From the NCBI RefSeq assembly GCF_006345805.1, contig NC_043003.1, positions 38,688,001 through 38,752,000 of the forward strand: 64,000 bases of DNA. The letters run 5' to 3'. Below are positions 1-13,012 of this stretch, one piece after another. Origin of the DNA: Octopus sinensis (lineage: Eukaryota). The first letter of the stretch is position 1; each line of letters starts with the position of its first letter. Made by a program: the position numbers and the translations under genes. The notes beneath the pieces were generated by a model, which saw only the letters and a list, made by a program, of their open reading frames with translations, ran no database searches and was not told the origin of the DNA.

Positions 1-261
1 TGAGAGAGTTGTTAGGGTGTTGGATAGATAGCTTCACGGTACCATGGCTTTCACAAATATACCTTTTAGCCTTTCTCTCTCACTCCTTCTCTTTCTGGAA
101 GAAATTAACTGTATTCAGTCCTGAACAGAGATAGATTTCTCTGGAATGAAACAACTGGATGTGGTGATTTGGCATAGCTGACTGGATATTGGACTTATTT
201 GGCAACAGTACTTTTTGGCACTGAAGGCAAACATACACCTACACATGCATGTTGCCCACAT

Positions 262-263
262 AC

Positions 264-360
<97 letters not shown>
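262..360. repeat. (AGAT)n microsatellite
   Basis: Uninterrupted tetranucleotide run. Confidence 0.98.
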
Positions 361-361
<1 letters not shown>

Positions 362-959
362 AAAGAGACAGAGAGGGAAAGAGAGAGTGAGAAAGAAGGA
401 GGAGAGAGAGATATTACAATTTATTAATTGAACATGATTAATATAAACATTTTTCCTCTCCTCATACACATAAAAGAGAAATAAACTGACACACATAAAG
501 AAAGGGAGATAGATAGAGAGAGAGAGAGAGAGAAGGTGAGAGAATAGGAAAAGTATGAAACTGTCTGGTGTCAAATAAGTCAATATAGAATCAACAATGC
601 CAAAATAGATGAGGCCAAAACATTTCCTACCCAGACTCTGCTAGGTCTAAAAAATGTCCAAAAACATATTTTATGTCACGACGGCACCTCTGTGACTCCA
701 TCAAGAGTGTGTAGGGGTAGGGGTGAGCTATGGCAAGGTAAGGCAAGGCAAGGCAAGGCAAAAAAGTTGGCTAGACATAACTGAATAATTCAGGGGTTAA
801 CAACTATCAACTAATTAGACCACTAATGACCTTTAGCAGGAATCATAGAAGTTTAATGGTAGCACAGAAATTAGTTCCATTAAAAAGGCTGTAACTTTCC
901 TTCTCCACTGCACCCCACAGTTTCTTCAGCAAATGCAGCTAAATGCTTTGTAGAAATAT

Positions 960-995
<36 letters not shown>

Positions 996-1698
996 CTTCA
1001 TGAAAGTTAAATTGGTACAACTTATAAACAAACATGAGGGAAAAGACTTCATTTGATTTTCAATAATGTAGTTGTATAGTTGCAGAGTAACAAATGTACT
1101 GGATAACTTGGTAGAGTGGGAAAAAAGAGAGAGAGAGAGAGAGTGGGAAGGAAGGGAGGGAAAGAGAGAAGAAATATCAGAATAAAGGACTTGGAAAGTA
1201 GATAAGTTGGTGAATATATGAATATATAAAAAGAAAACAAAACAAGAAATACATCAAAGGATGTTATTATTGTTGTTGAGTTGTTTTTTTAGTAAGCTGA
1301 ACTTAATGAGAGAGAGAGAGAGAGAGAGAAAGAGAGACAGATAGACAGAGGGGAGAGAGAGAGAGAAATGACATTGGTTTTTTTCCACTGTTGTTCATGG
1401 ATGCTGAGGCAGACAATAAACAGATATAACTGATAGAGTGCTTTTCATTCACTCATCAACCATCATCTCAATCATTGCCAACACTGCTAGCACACAGTTT
1501 TCACAATCACCACCATCATTGCAATCAATAACACCACTGCTAATGCTGTCCTCATCATCACCGCCGTCATCTCTGTCAATACCACCACTACCAACACACT
1601 GTCATTATCATCAGCACCACCATCATCTCTATAAATACCACCACTACCAACAGTCATCATCATCATCATCACAATCACCACCATCATCTCTATCAGTA

Positions 1699-1930
1699 CC
1701 TATTTCTTTACTACCCACAAGGGGCTAAACACAGAGAGAACAAACAAGGACAGACAAAGGGATTAAGTCGATTACATCGACCCCAGTGCGTAACTGGTAC
1801 TTATTTAATCGACCCTGAAAGGATGAAAGGCTAAGTCGACCTCGGCGGAATTTGAACTCAGAATGTAGCTGCAGACAAAATACTGCTAAGCACCTCGCCC
1901 GGCATGCTAACATTTCTGCCATCTTGCCGC
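1699..1930 (-). mobile_element. tRNA-derived SINE family A (head ggcgagctggcagaa..gagttcaaattcc)
   Basis: Near-identical copies at 33158-33382 (-) and 58894-59128 (-). Many decayed copies at 4745-5180, 10662-10860, 28950-29970, 45280-46480, 51650-53700 and 62335-62505. Confidence 0.9.
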
Positions 1931-2831
1931 CCTATCTCTGGCAGTACCACCACTACCGACCAACACACTGTTATCATCACTATCATCTCTCTCAATACAA
2001 CTAACTACCAACAAAGTTTTTGTCAACATCACCATCTTTTCTGTGAATACCACCACTACCAACACAATCATCATCATCTCCACCATCATATCTCTTATTG
2101 CCAACTCTTGCCATCACCATCTTCATCCATCTCATTTCCTTGTTATTAGTTTCTGTAGATGTCCTAGCCACCTGCACACCATAACCTATAGTTGTTTAAT
2201 TCCTACAATCTACAGTCTCCTGTCTACTTCAGTGACTGCCAGTGAACCTCTACTTGTCTTTTATTGATGTCTGTGTTACACACATTGCAGGATTGTATGT
2301 CCATAGATCACTGCAATGCCTCCCATTTTAACAATCAGCTGGATTTGAGATCTCAAAGGAATCTCGATGTGGTCACTTGATCTTCTAGAAATAGCAGTCA
2401 AATCAAACTACATGCAGTCCTTGATACATTCTACTTGAAAAAGAATAAAATAAAAAGCAAAAGATAGATGAGATAATTACACTTGGGACATCCTTACTTA
2501 TAAATCTGCTGGATCAGAGTTGTCTTAGAGAGTAGAGACTTCGGACTTCTCAATGAAATAATGGAGATTAATGTTACTTCAAATTTTCACTGAAATAACC
2601 TTGTCAAGCTGATTCAGCAAAACTTTAATATATCATTTCATTTCTGAATTTGTTTTGCAACATCTGTATCTTGAAACCAATATTGTAATACTTTAAGGTG
2701 GAGGGGTGGGGCCATATTGCCAGTAAATACTCATGCTGGTTGTAGTTCAGTTCACTTTTACTTTCATTGGTAACTAATTTATTATCGTTTTTTTTTCCTC
2801 TTGCACACACTGTTGTCTCTTCAACTGTTGA

Positions 2832-3295
2832 TAATTTATTTCCAAACACAGAATAATGCTGATAGAACAGCAGGGACACGATAAAATATCCATATTTTGC
2901 AGAAAAATTTGTCAGCAGCCAGCCATGAGACTTGAAGTTCTTTACCATTAAACTAAACTAAACAGTCAAGTTCTTTACCATTAAACTAAACTGCCCACTG
3001 ACAAGTTAGTCTGCAATTTTTGAGCTTATAAATCTAGCTTTATACGATGCATGTTAAATTCATTTATTGTAATTTGAATTTAACATACAGCATTTATAAA
3101 ACTAAATTTATAAGTTCAAAAATTGTGGATTAATTTCTCAGTGGGCAGTTTAGTTTAATGGTAAAGAACTTGACCGGTCATCATGGGGATGTGAGTTCAT
3201 GGCTGCTGCTGACAATTTTTTCCACTAAATATGGATATTTTATCTTGTCCCTGCTGTTCTATCAGCATTATTCTGCATTTGAGAATAAATTATTT
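2832..3295. mobile_element. Fold-back (palindromic) MITE-like element
   Basis: The left arm (~2832-3062) is the approximate reverse complement of the right arm (~3075-3295); ORFs 2625(-) and 3158(+) give near-identical peptides. Confidence 0.8.
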
Positions 3296-3408
3296 CCTTA
3301 TCTGTATCTTTTACAAAATATATTTCAGTTTCCTGTAGGTTTCCAATATAACAACTCATCGGAAGCAACAAATCCTCTTTCATTGAACCAATATAGAATC
3401 ACCTGAAG

Positions 3409-3612
3409 CAGGGGTTCCCATCCTGGAGTGTCTGCACACCTTGAGGCTGCAAGAAGGCATTTCAGAAGATACAAAAAAAAAATGATTAAATATATGAACT
3501 AGTTATTACAAAACTGACTTTTTAATCTTTCAAGAGGATATTACTTCAGTAGATGGTGTGAAAATGAAACATTTCCTAGGAGTGCAGTGTGAAGAAAAAC
3601 TGGAGACCACTG
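3409..3612. mobile_element. Old hAT/Charlie-like MITE
   Basis: Imperfect ends caggggttccca / tggagaccactg; TSD decayed. Confidence 0.4.
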
Positions 3613-3971
3613 CTCTATGGATTGGTTCACTTGTACAAGAAGTAGCGACCAAAATTCTTTAAAATCACTGGCTACCATCTTGGACATCAAAGGACACAAT
3701 GGATAAGGTAAAACTACATTTACTGCTGTATTTTCTTACTCTTTTACTTGTTTCAGTCATTTGACTGTGGCCGTGCTGGAGTACTGCCTTTAGTCGAGCA
3801 AATCGACCCCAGGACTTATTCTTTATAAGCCTAGTATTTATTCTATCAGTCCTTTTTGCTGAACCGCTAAGTTACGGGGACGTATACACACCACCATCGG
3901 TTGGCAAGCGATGTTGGGGGGACAAACACAGACACACAAACATATACACACACACACATATATATATATAT

Positions 3972-4037
<66 letters not shown>

Positions 4038-6329
4038 CATATATACAACGTGCTTCTTTCGGTTTCCGTCTATCAAATCCACTCACAAGGCTTTGGTCGG
4101 CCTGAGGTTATAGTAGAAGATACTTACCCAAGGTGCCACGTAGTGGGACTGAACCCGGAACCATGTGGTTCGTAAGCAAGCTACTTACCAGACAGCCATT
4201 CCTACGCCTATTTGCATAACTTACATACAAGTTGATGAAATATATAGTGTAAACATGTTGTCCAACCATTCAAACATCATTATTAACTTTCAAAATCTTG
4301 CTACATTTCACATGGAATTTTTGGTCCTGCAAAGGTTGTCTTTTTGTATAAATTGACCTACAATTTTTGTCTGTAAATTTTGGTCTCAAAACTTTGACTT
4401 GTATACTGGAAAATATGGTATCATCATCATCATCATCATCATTTGTCTGAGAAATAGAAGGCAGGGTGATAATGGCAAGACAGGGACATTTTTCATCATA
4501 GGTCTGCACCTTCATAAGAAATTTGTGTAGCACACCTTGATGCCTCTTCTGGTGCATCAGTGCATCATTTGAGAAGCAGTAAAAGAGGAAGAATGCATTT
4601 GATGATGTAATCCCAGATACACTATGTCTGATGAAAAGCAGAACCTCTTTGATCACAGGTCTGCTAGTTCAAGGCTTATAAAAGAGGGATTAAATGGTAA
4701 TAACAACAACAAACAACAATAACAATATTAGCAACATTAATAACTTTTCTACTATAGGTACAAGGCCTGAAATTTTGGGGGAGGGGACTAGTTGATTACA
4801 TCGACCCCAGTATTTAACTGATACTTATTTAATTGACCCTGAAAGGATGAAAGGCAAAGTTGACGTTGGCAGAATTTGAACTCAGAATGTAAAGTCAAAG
4901 AAATGCTGCTAAGCATTTTGTCCAGCTTGCAAATGATTCTACCAGCTTGCTGCCTTCTCAGCAACAATAATAATGGTTCCAAATTTTAGCAGAAGGCCTG
5001 CAAGTTTGGGGAAAGTGAGTAAGCCAATTATGTTGACCCCAGTGCTCTATCAATCTTGAAAGGATGAAAAGCAAAGTTGACATTGGCAGAATTTGAACAC
5101 AGAAAGCAAAAATGGATGAAATGCTGCTAAGCATTTCGCCTAGTGTGCTAACGATTCTGCCAGCTCATTACCTTCTTAGCATCATTAATAACAGTTATTA
5201 TGAGGCGAGTTTGTATGTAGTCACTCAGTCTGCTATATTAAGGCTGAGCAACAACAACAATTTCCTTTCATCTCATCTGTGAACTACAGAGTTATAATGT
5301 TCACAGAACAAATTAAATGATCCCCACCGTGTCCTAAATCATCCTTGGTTTCATATTAGTTTATCATTCCTTCATTAGTAAACAATTTGGTTTTTCCATA
5401 TACATGAGTCAACCATTCACATGACATGGCTATACCATCCTAGGCAGCAACACTCCCTCATACACAATACATCCATACACATACAAGTCAATGAAGAAGT
5501 CTTTATGAGGTCATTTGATCTGCAAGAAATAGCAGCTAAAACGTCCTCAAATCACACTCTAACTTCTTATCAATCATATGTATGTATGTGTGTGTGTGTG
5601 TGTGTACATATATCTAGAAAAAGAAGGACTCATCCTCTAATATGGATTTCAACACATGCCTGAACTAAAATGGGATGGTCATGACTGGAATGCCTTTGAT
5701 TATAGGTCTGCTCCACCAAGAATGACCTTCAAGCTAAACAATGACCAAAAACTACAACAGCATATACACACACACACATGCCTTCATACATATATGCACA
5801 CACACACACACATACATACATACATGTATATATACATAGTTAGTTACATATATAGATACATGCATTCATATATCAACCAACACTCTTTGATGTCCAATAG
5901 TTTTTTCAACTAAACTAGCCTTTCTCTTGTGTCAGAAGTTTTGTTAAAAATCAAATGACCATCGGTCAATAAATAACCCATTAACTAAATGAACTTATTA
6001 ACATTTTGTTGACCAATCAGTTAGGTGACGATGCTTTCAGTAATATAGTATAGTATTGATTGATGGGAAGCTGGGCTATATTTGTACACAGATCAATAGA
6101 AGCCAAACAAAGTAAAGCAATCTATAGGGAACTGTAGGTGGACCAATTACTCTTCTTCTTGTTTAATTGGTGCCTTGTATTGCAATATATGTGGCACTGC
6201 ACTGACATACAACCTTTCTTTCCTTCCATTGCATCCCTTCATCATGTCTGGTTGGCAGTGTTGGTTGTACCCTGCATGAAGAATTTAGTGCAAAATAATT
6301 GGATTCTTTTGACAGGCAATAGACATATT

Positions 6330-6650
6330 GTCACCATCATTGTCATCACTGCTGCCACCACCACTGTTGTCATCACCACTGCCAACACTGTCATCATCAC
6401 TACCACCCATAATCACCACCACCACCACCACCACCATCATCATCACCACCATCATCATCACCACCACCATCATCACCACCACCATCACCATCATCATCAC
6501 CACCACCACCATCATCACCACCACCACCACCATCATCACCACCACCATCACCATCATCATCACCACCACCACCATCATCACCACCACTACCATCATCACC
6601 ACCACCACCACCACCATCATCATCACCACCATCACCATCATCATCACTGC
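6330..6650. repeat. (CAC)/(CAT) compound trinucleotide microsatellite
   Basis: Gives the poly-His, poly-Thr/Ile and poly-Val/Met ORFs in the track. Confidence 0.95.
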
Positions 6651-7114
6651 CATTTACTGTTCACTTTTCTATGTTTGTGCAGGTTAGACAGATATTTATT
6701 GAGACAGATTTTTTACAGCTGGATGCCCTTCCTGTTGCCAACACTCGCTTGTTTCTGATATTTCCCAAGATACTGGAAATGGACAACACTGCTTGTATGA
6801 CAGTGATAATTAGTTACAACTCTTACACAATGTGAAGATAAGGAAATGTGGACCATGATGATTTATCTCATGATGTAATGTATGATGTAGAGATGACATA
6901 TCCAGTACCTCATGCTGCAGTGTATGAGGCACGGAGATGAATTATCTATTATATGTACACACACATACGCACACTTGTGCACATGCATACATGCACACAC
7001 ACACACATATTTTGAATAAAATGACAGATGGAAACACAAGTCAAAATGCATGTCAGTTTGTCCTTCAAATATGATGATGACCAAGCAACTACAGTAGAGC
7101 ATATCATTTTCTCA

Positions 7115-7211
7115 CAGACAGTGCCCAACTGACCCTACTATACAAAGTAAAACAATGTGCATGCGCAAAATTAAAAACATAATATGGCGACAATCTACCT
7201 GTTGCACCCTG
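7115..7211 (-). mobile_element. maT terminal fragment
   Basis: gtgcccaactgaccctactatac...gcaccctg|ta matches 19305-19414. Confidence 0.7.
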
Positions 7212-7370
7212 TATATATATATATATATATATATACTCTTTACTCTTTTACTTGTTTCAGTCATTTGACTGCGGCCATGCTGGAGCACCACCTTAGTTGA
7301 GCAAATATATATATATATATATGCATATATATATATAATATATATATATATATATAATATATATATATAT

Positions 7371-7584
7371 ATGAAAAATGCATTGTATATAAACAATGAC
7401 AGATACATGTATAAACACAGAGGCTCCTTAATTTTTCATCAGCAATCAGCCAGAATGGTAATACTCAGTTTGTGCGAAACTGAGTATTACCATTCTGCTT
7501 GATAACTGATTAAGAATTAAGGGACCTTCTGTGTCTTACACATTTTTGTATCTGTCGCTGTTTATTTACAGTGCATTTTTTCAT
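7371..7584. mobile_element. Small palindromic MITE
   Basis: Perfect 21-bp stem 7451-7471/7477-7497 with a 5-nt loop, and imperfect pairing out to both ends (atgaaaaa...tttttcat). Confidence 0.8.
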
Positions 7585-7634
7585 TTATTAGTAATGCTAT
7601 GCAACACACACCAGACGTTTATTAACAGTAAGTT

Positions 7635-7678
<44 letters not shown>

Positions 7679-7984
7679 AAAGCAATCAAACAGATTCCAG
7701 AGAGACTGGTGTTGGTATGCATCAGTAAGACTTGCTTAATTTAGTAAAATCAATCAATAAATAAAAAGAATACAGTGAATTAGTCATGGAGAATGGAAAA
7801 TCAAACATTTTGGACAGATTCCTTTGTTAGGGAAAAGCTTGTGGGAGACAAGTTAATGAAAAGCAGCAGTGTTTTACATCCTCCAAGCTGAAAAAAAGGA
7901 ATACGTATATCATCATCATCATAATTTAACATCCTCCTTCATATATACATATGTACATATATATATATGTGTATATATATATAT

Positions 7985-8220
7985 CATCATCATCGTTTAG
8001 CGTCCGCTTTCCATGCTAGCATGGGTTGGACGGTTCAACTGGGGTCTGGGAAGCCAGAAGGCTGCACCAGGCCCAGTTTGATCTGGCAATGTTTCTACGG
8101 CTGGATGCCCTTCCTAACGCCAACCACTCCATGAGTGTAGTGGGTGCTTTTTACGTGCCAGACGAGTCTGGCAAACGGCCACGATCGGATGGTGCTTTTT
8201 ATGTGCCACCGGCACGGGGG
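7985..8220 (-). mobile_element. RTE 3'-UTR-derived short repeat (family C) with (GAT)n tail
   Basis: Matches 38345-38525. Further copies at 30130-30380, 32170-32360, 32465-32850, 40640-40790 and 49320-49580. Confidence 0.85.
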
Positions 8221-8326
8221 CCAGAAGAAAAAAATTAAAGACAGTGCCTTAGTATGGCCCCAATTCAATGATTAAAAACCAGTTAATAAAAACATAAAAG
8301 ACAAAAAAAAAAAAAAAAAAACATAC

Positions 8327-8835
8327 TTTTCTTTAGTTTCAGTACATGAAGATTGTAACTGTCCACTGACAGAAGCAACTGGAGTAGAATTTGGTAAACT
8401 TGTAAAAATAGTTCCACTTGGTTTGAGGCTTGCTTTTATAGCAGTAGCAGTATTAGTGGTGGTGGTGGTGATGATTAACTTGTCGTTTGTAATAGATGAG
8501 CTGGAAGATGGTACTGTATGTACTGCTGTGCTACTTGCAACTTTTACAATACTGTTCGACTTAGTACTACTACTACTAGCTACATTTACTTGACTGTTCT
8601 CAGAAAACTTAGTAGCACCAACATTGGCACTTTTATTAGTAGTAGTATTATTATTATTGCTGATCTTTTTAGTGACATCTAAGTCAAGAGTAGAGTTACT
8701 TGTGTTCACCTGTGTTTTTGTTTCACTAATCACTTTGTTTGATTCAGGTTTTGATTTTACCAAATTCCTCCCATTGTTGGCCTTGCCACTATTTCCATCT
8801 GATGCTAATGCCTTGCTTTTAGAGTTGGTAAAAGT
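8327..8835 (-). CDS. Orphan Ser/Thr/Asn/Lys-rich low-complexity exon of an unidentified gene
   Basis: About 170 open codons free of microsatellite (TFTNSKSKALASDG...SSCTETKE), ending at donor AA|gtatgt followed by a T-run. The acceptor is weak or ambiguous and no family is recognised. Confidence 0.5.
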
Positions 8836-8862
8836 CACACACACACACACACACACACATAC

Positions 8863-8912
<50 letters not shown>

Positions 8913-8914
<2 letters not shown>

Positions 8915-9217
8915 AGGCGCAATAACCCAGTGGTTAGGGCAGCAGACTCGCGGTCGGAGGATCATGGTTTCGATTCCCAGACCGGGCGTTGTGTGTGTTT
9001 ATTGAGCGAAAACACCTAAAAGCTCCACGATGCTCCGCCAGGGGGTGGTGATCCCTGCTGTACTCTTTCACCACTCTTTCTCTCACTCTTTCTTCTGTTG
9101 GCCTGCTCGCTTAGCCAGCGGGGTGGCGTCGTTCGAAGGCTAAAACAATGCAAACGCATTGTGACCAGCGATGTGTAGCAACATCTGATGGTCTGGTCGG
9201 TCACGGTGATCACGGTG

Positions 9218-9218
<1 letters not shown>
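8913..9218 (+). mobile_element. tRNA-derived SINE family D
   Basis: Head ggaggcgcaataacccagtggttagg..ggtttcgattccc. Copy at 59652-59952(-) and a related copy at about 10050-10285(-). Flanked by (TA)n. Confidence 0.85.
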
Positions 9219-9254
<36 letters not shown>

Positions 9255-10384
9255 CACACACACACACGTGTAATATATATCTGTTTTACTCTTTTAGTTG
9301 TTTCAGTCATTTGACTGCGGCCATGCTGGAGCACCGCCTTTAGCCGAGCAAATCGACCCCGGGACTTATTCTTTGTAAGACCAGTATTTATTCTATCGGT
9401 CTCTTTTGCCAAACCGCTAAGTGACGGGGACGTAAACACACCACCATCGGTTGTCAAGCAATGTTGGGGGGACAAACACAGATACACATACATATATATA
9501 TATATATATACATATACACGACAGGCTTCTTTCAGTTTCCGTCTACCAAATCCACTCACAAGGCATTGGTCGGCCGGGGCTATAGCAGAAGACACTTGCC
9601 CAAGATGCCACACAGTGGGACTGAACCCGGAACTATGTGGTTGGTTAGCAAGCTACTTACCACACAGCCACTCCATATATATGTACATATATATGTGTGT
9701 GTATATATATATATATAATATATATATATATATATTATATATATATATGTATATATATATACACACACACACACATATATATATATAAAAAATTAAATGC
9801 GCCCTTTTAAATCCTAGCCAGGCTCATGGGCCCGGTTTCCTGGTTTTAATGGCATATGTGTTCTCCAGCTGGACAGGACGCCAGTCCATTGCAGCATTGC
9901 TCATTTTTCCCAGCTGAGTGGACTGGAGCAACATGAACTGAAGTGTTTTGCTCAAAAACACAACGCATCACCCGGTCCAGGAATCGAAACCACAATCGTA
10001 TGATCATGATGCTGACACCCTAACCACTAAACCATGTGCCTCCATATAGGTTCCCCAACTGGACGGGATGCCGGTCTGTTGCAGGTGAGCTGCAAGATGC
10101 AGGAGGAAAGAGTGAGAGAAAATTGTGGCGAAAGAGTCAGCAGAAGTTTGCCATTACCTTCTGCGGGAGCTGCTTGGAGCTTAGGTGTTTCGCTCATAAA
10201 CACACACATCGCCTGGTCTGAGATTCGAACCTGCGATCCCTCGACCATGAGTCCGCTGCTCTAACCGCTAGGCCATGTGCCTCCACAATCAGGAGAATTA
10301 GGAGGTCAGAAATTGGGGCTGATTAAGTTGTATAAATTCTTCAACAACTACTTCTAATTCTTTCCAGAAGTATGACAAGGAGCT

Positions 10385-10570
10385 GAAACCTGCTGCTACT
10401 CATGGAAAGCAGCAACCTTCTCCAGACAGAGTTTGACCACAGTTTCCAACAGCTTCACATAGCTGTCTGGATTGAGCCTAAGATCCTGTTCAAAGATGTG
10501 GGGTGACATGGTGTCATCCTCACTGGAGACATACCCAATGGCCATCACAACTTGGAGGAACTTGTTTACA
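10385..10570 (-). mobile_element. maT/DD37D-like transposase fragment
   Basis: KFLQVVMAIGYVSSEDDTMSPHIFEQDLRLNPDSYVKLLETVV, homologous to the 18993-19256 ORF. Confidence 0.7.
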
Positions 10571-10910
10571 TGATGTCCTTGTCATGTCTTACAGCTTTTA
10601 CAGTGGACACAGATCATTGAACAGCAGTCATGATGTTGGCATTATGACATCTGGCATAAAGCAGTGAGCTGGCAGAACCTTTAGCATGCTGGATGACATG
10701 CTAAGCGGTATTTCACCTGCCGCCACATTCTGAGTTCAAATTGCACCTAGGTCAACTTTACCTTTCATCCTTTTCAGGGTTGATAAATTTAGTACCAGTT
10801 GAGTACTGGGGTCGATGTAATTGACTATACTCCTCCCCAAAATTTCAGGCCTTGTACCTTTTGATGTAGGTGGACAGTCAAAATCTTTTGAGAGCTTAAA
10901 GATTAAAGTT

Positions 10911-11239
10911 CTTGCTTCTGGAAAGGTGTGAGCAACCTGGGAATCCATCTGGCAGACACCTTTTGCATATGCAAATGGTCATGAATGATAGTTTCCACAG
11001 ACCTGGTACTAATCTTGACCTCATGGGCTATTTGGCGAATAGTTATGCGTCGATCTTCCAAAATGGCAGCCTCAACTTGACAGACAGATGCCTCATCAAT
11101 GGCAGAAGCGGGGCGACCAGATCTGGGAGCTGTTTCCACAGAGTTCCGACCATGTTTGAATTCACGATGCCAGCGTTTTACAAGGTCATATGATGGGGCA
11201 TCATCACCATAAGTTACTTTCATTTCATCAAAAGTCTCC
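10911..11239 (-). mobile_element. Internal fragment of the same mariner family
   Basis: Translation MKVTYGDDAPSYDLVKRW...SARWIPRLLTPFQKQE is nearly identical to the 24451-24954 ORF. Confidence 0.92.
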
Positions 11240-11606
11240 TTCTAGAAAGGATCATGACATCCAGCACAAATCATCATGATACAGGTATTTCTTTACCAAT
11301 ATTCAGATGGCTTCCAATCCTCCATGTCACTTAACTTTTTCTCAACTACAACTTTAATCTTTAAGCTCTCAAAAGATTTTGACTGTCCACCTACATCAAG
11401 CTGTGCCTGGAAAAGGGAGAATGAAAATTGACAAATTGGTCCTAAACAACCTCTGTGTGTATGTGTGTGTATGCATATATGTAATGTATGTATGTACGTA
11501 TGTACACTCAAACATTAGACTGCTGTCCATAGATTAATCGCTAATAGCTATTTATAGTAGTGCCAACTTGGACAAAACTGCATTGCTGAAATTGAGAATT
11601 TATACG

Positions 11607-11644
<38 letters not shown>

Positions 11645-12099
11645 CATACATGTTGGTCTGCGTTTGCATCCGATTTTATGTTTACCTGCATGATGAGTTT
11701 TAGCTCTTTATAGCGAAAGTGTAACTTAACAATTCGATAGAGATTGATATAAGTACCGAGATCGATATAATCCACTAATACTTTTGACGACAGCACCTCA
11801 ACATAGCTGTCCTCGAATGACTGAAACCTGGATAAGAACGAAAGAACGCGCGCGCGCACACACACACACACACACAAACATACACACACAACTACGCACG
11901 CGCATTCACACAAGATCCGTATAAAAAGAAACCGACATTTTTAAAATGCAAATTTTTCGTTTTACTTAGTTTAACCAGACCTGTTTCTTTCGGAATTATT
12001 CCCTCCATCGTAACACATCGGTGCCATTCATTTTTTTTGGGGGGGGGATAAGGATTGTCTGGTGCTGTGCAAAAAAAAAAAAAATTGTTATGGCAAACG

Positions 12100-12620
12100 A
12101 ATAACCTGTGATCAAGTGCATTGTTATCGTACAGTATCCAGCTTTTAATTGTCAATGTCTCAGGCATCTTTGAAATGCCTCAGAATATTCAAGTAAACCT
12201 CGTTCTTTTATCGTCTGACTATACAGACGAAACTCAACATGAACGATGCCCTTCTGACCAAAAAAGATGATCAATATCACCTACACAACAGTGTGACACT
12301 ATCGTACCTCTTTTCATTGGAGCAATAGAGATCAAACTCAATGTGACGACTTTTCGTTTCAACATAGTACCCATACATCAATGTTTTATTACCTAGTCTG
12401 AAACTTTCTAGCAAGTTTCCATCGTCAATTGAATAACAAAACTGTTCTTGACTGATCGTGAATCGACACTCTTTTCATTAATCTGTCAGCAGACGCAGCA
12501 CAAACTTTGCAGCAACAAAATGCTTTTCTTATTTTATTTGAAATTTTGCAGATGCTAACTTCATCAGAAACTAAATGGATAATCGGGTAATGGTTTTCAC
12601 AGAGATGACAGCACATACTT
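12100..12620 (-). mobile_element. Old degenerate mariner transposase
   Basis: Frameshifted motifs: GNKTLMYGYYVETK (~GDETWVYGYDVETK), IIFFGQKGIVHVEF (~VFFDxKGIVHxEF), WILYDNNALDH (~WILHHDNAPAH). Confidence 0.75.
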
Positions 12621-13012
12621 TCTATTGTTGTGGAAGGTCATTTAGATTAGTAGTTGTTTTGAAATGCTGGTACTACTGCGAAATTGCATATACCTCAGAC
12701 AATCCCTGCTACATTTGAAAAGTCTTGTAAAAGTTTCTCCTTAAACAGAGTTACTCACAAACACATTGTCCAACTTAAAAGACAAGTTGTCAACTGTAAT
12801 ACGCACGCACACACACACACACAAATACACACACACAAACGATTAGCTACGCTAGGTAAGTGCTGTAACGGATTACAAGGGCTCCAAGGTTATAGCGCAG
12901 ACGGTAGTTATGGAGCCATTGCAGATTTCCAATGCAGCGGATATATAATTGTTAAAGAGAGCAATAAACATTAAGGCAAGGCAAACATCTCAAGCCGTAT
13001 ACAATATTTATA

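Noticed and set aside
4270-4656. 128-aa ORF with a poly-Asp stretch
   Set aside because: Overlaps remnants of a dispersed repeat (atcataggtctgc motif, also near 5700) and a (CAT)n run; no family motif.
4620-4660. Other CTGATGA/CTGAAGA hits (about 4628, 12561, 17550, 28070, 55840)
   Set aside because: No stem II followed by GAAA and NUH with a pairing stem I; chance heptamers.
5484-5520. Possible 37-nt micro-exon
   Set aside because: Lies inside a dispersed repeat (gaaatagcagc..aaatc family, also at about 2390 and 52705).
6138-6758. Poly-His ORF
   Set aside because: Translation of a (CAC/CAT)n microsatellite; open in several frames on both strands.
7770-7878. LGGCKTLLLFINLSPT after a strong acceptor, reminiscent of the kinesin LGGNxKTLMFVNxSP motif
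   Set aside because: Needs two compensating indels, stops after 28 codons, and no other kinesin exons were found.
11686-11827. Apparent 142-nt exon with good acceptor and donor (FQSFEDSYVEVLSSK...KLIMQ)
   Set aside because: The plus strand aligns by eye to a decayed SINE-B 3' half (ataagtacc...gaatgactgaaac...aaagaa). The splice-like signals come from the antisense SINE; exonisation is possible but unsupported.
12306-12616. Apparent first exons of a host gene (MCCHLCENH..., YGYYVETK...)
   Set aside because: Better explained as a frameshifted old mariner transposase.
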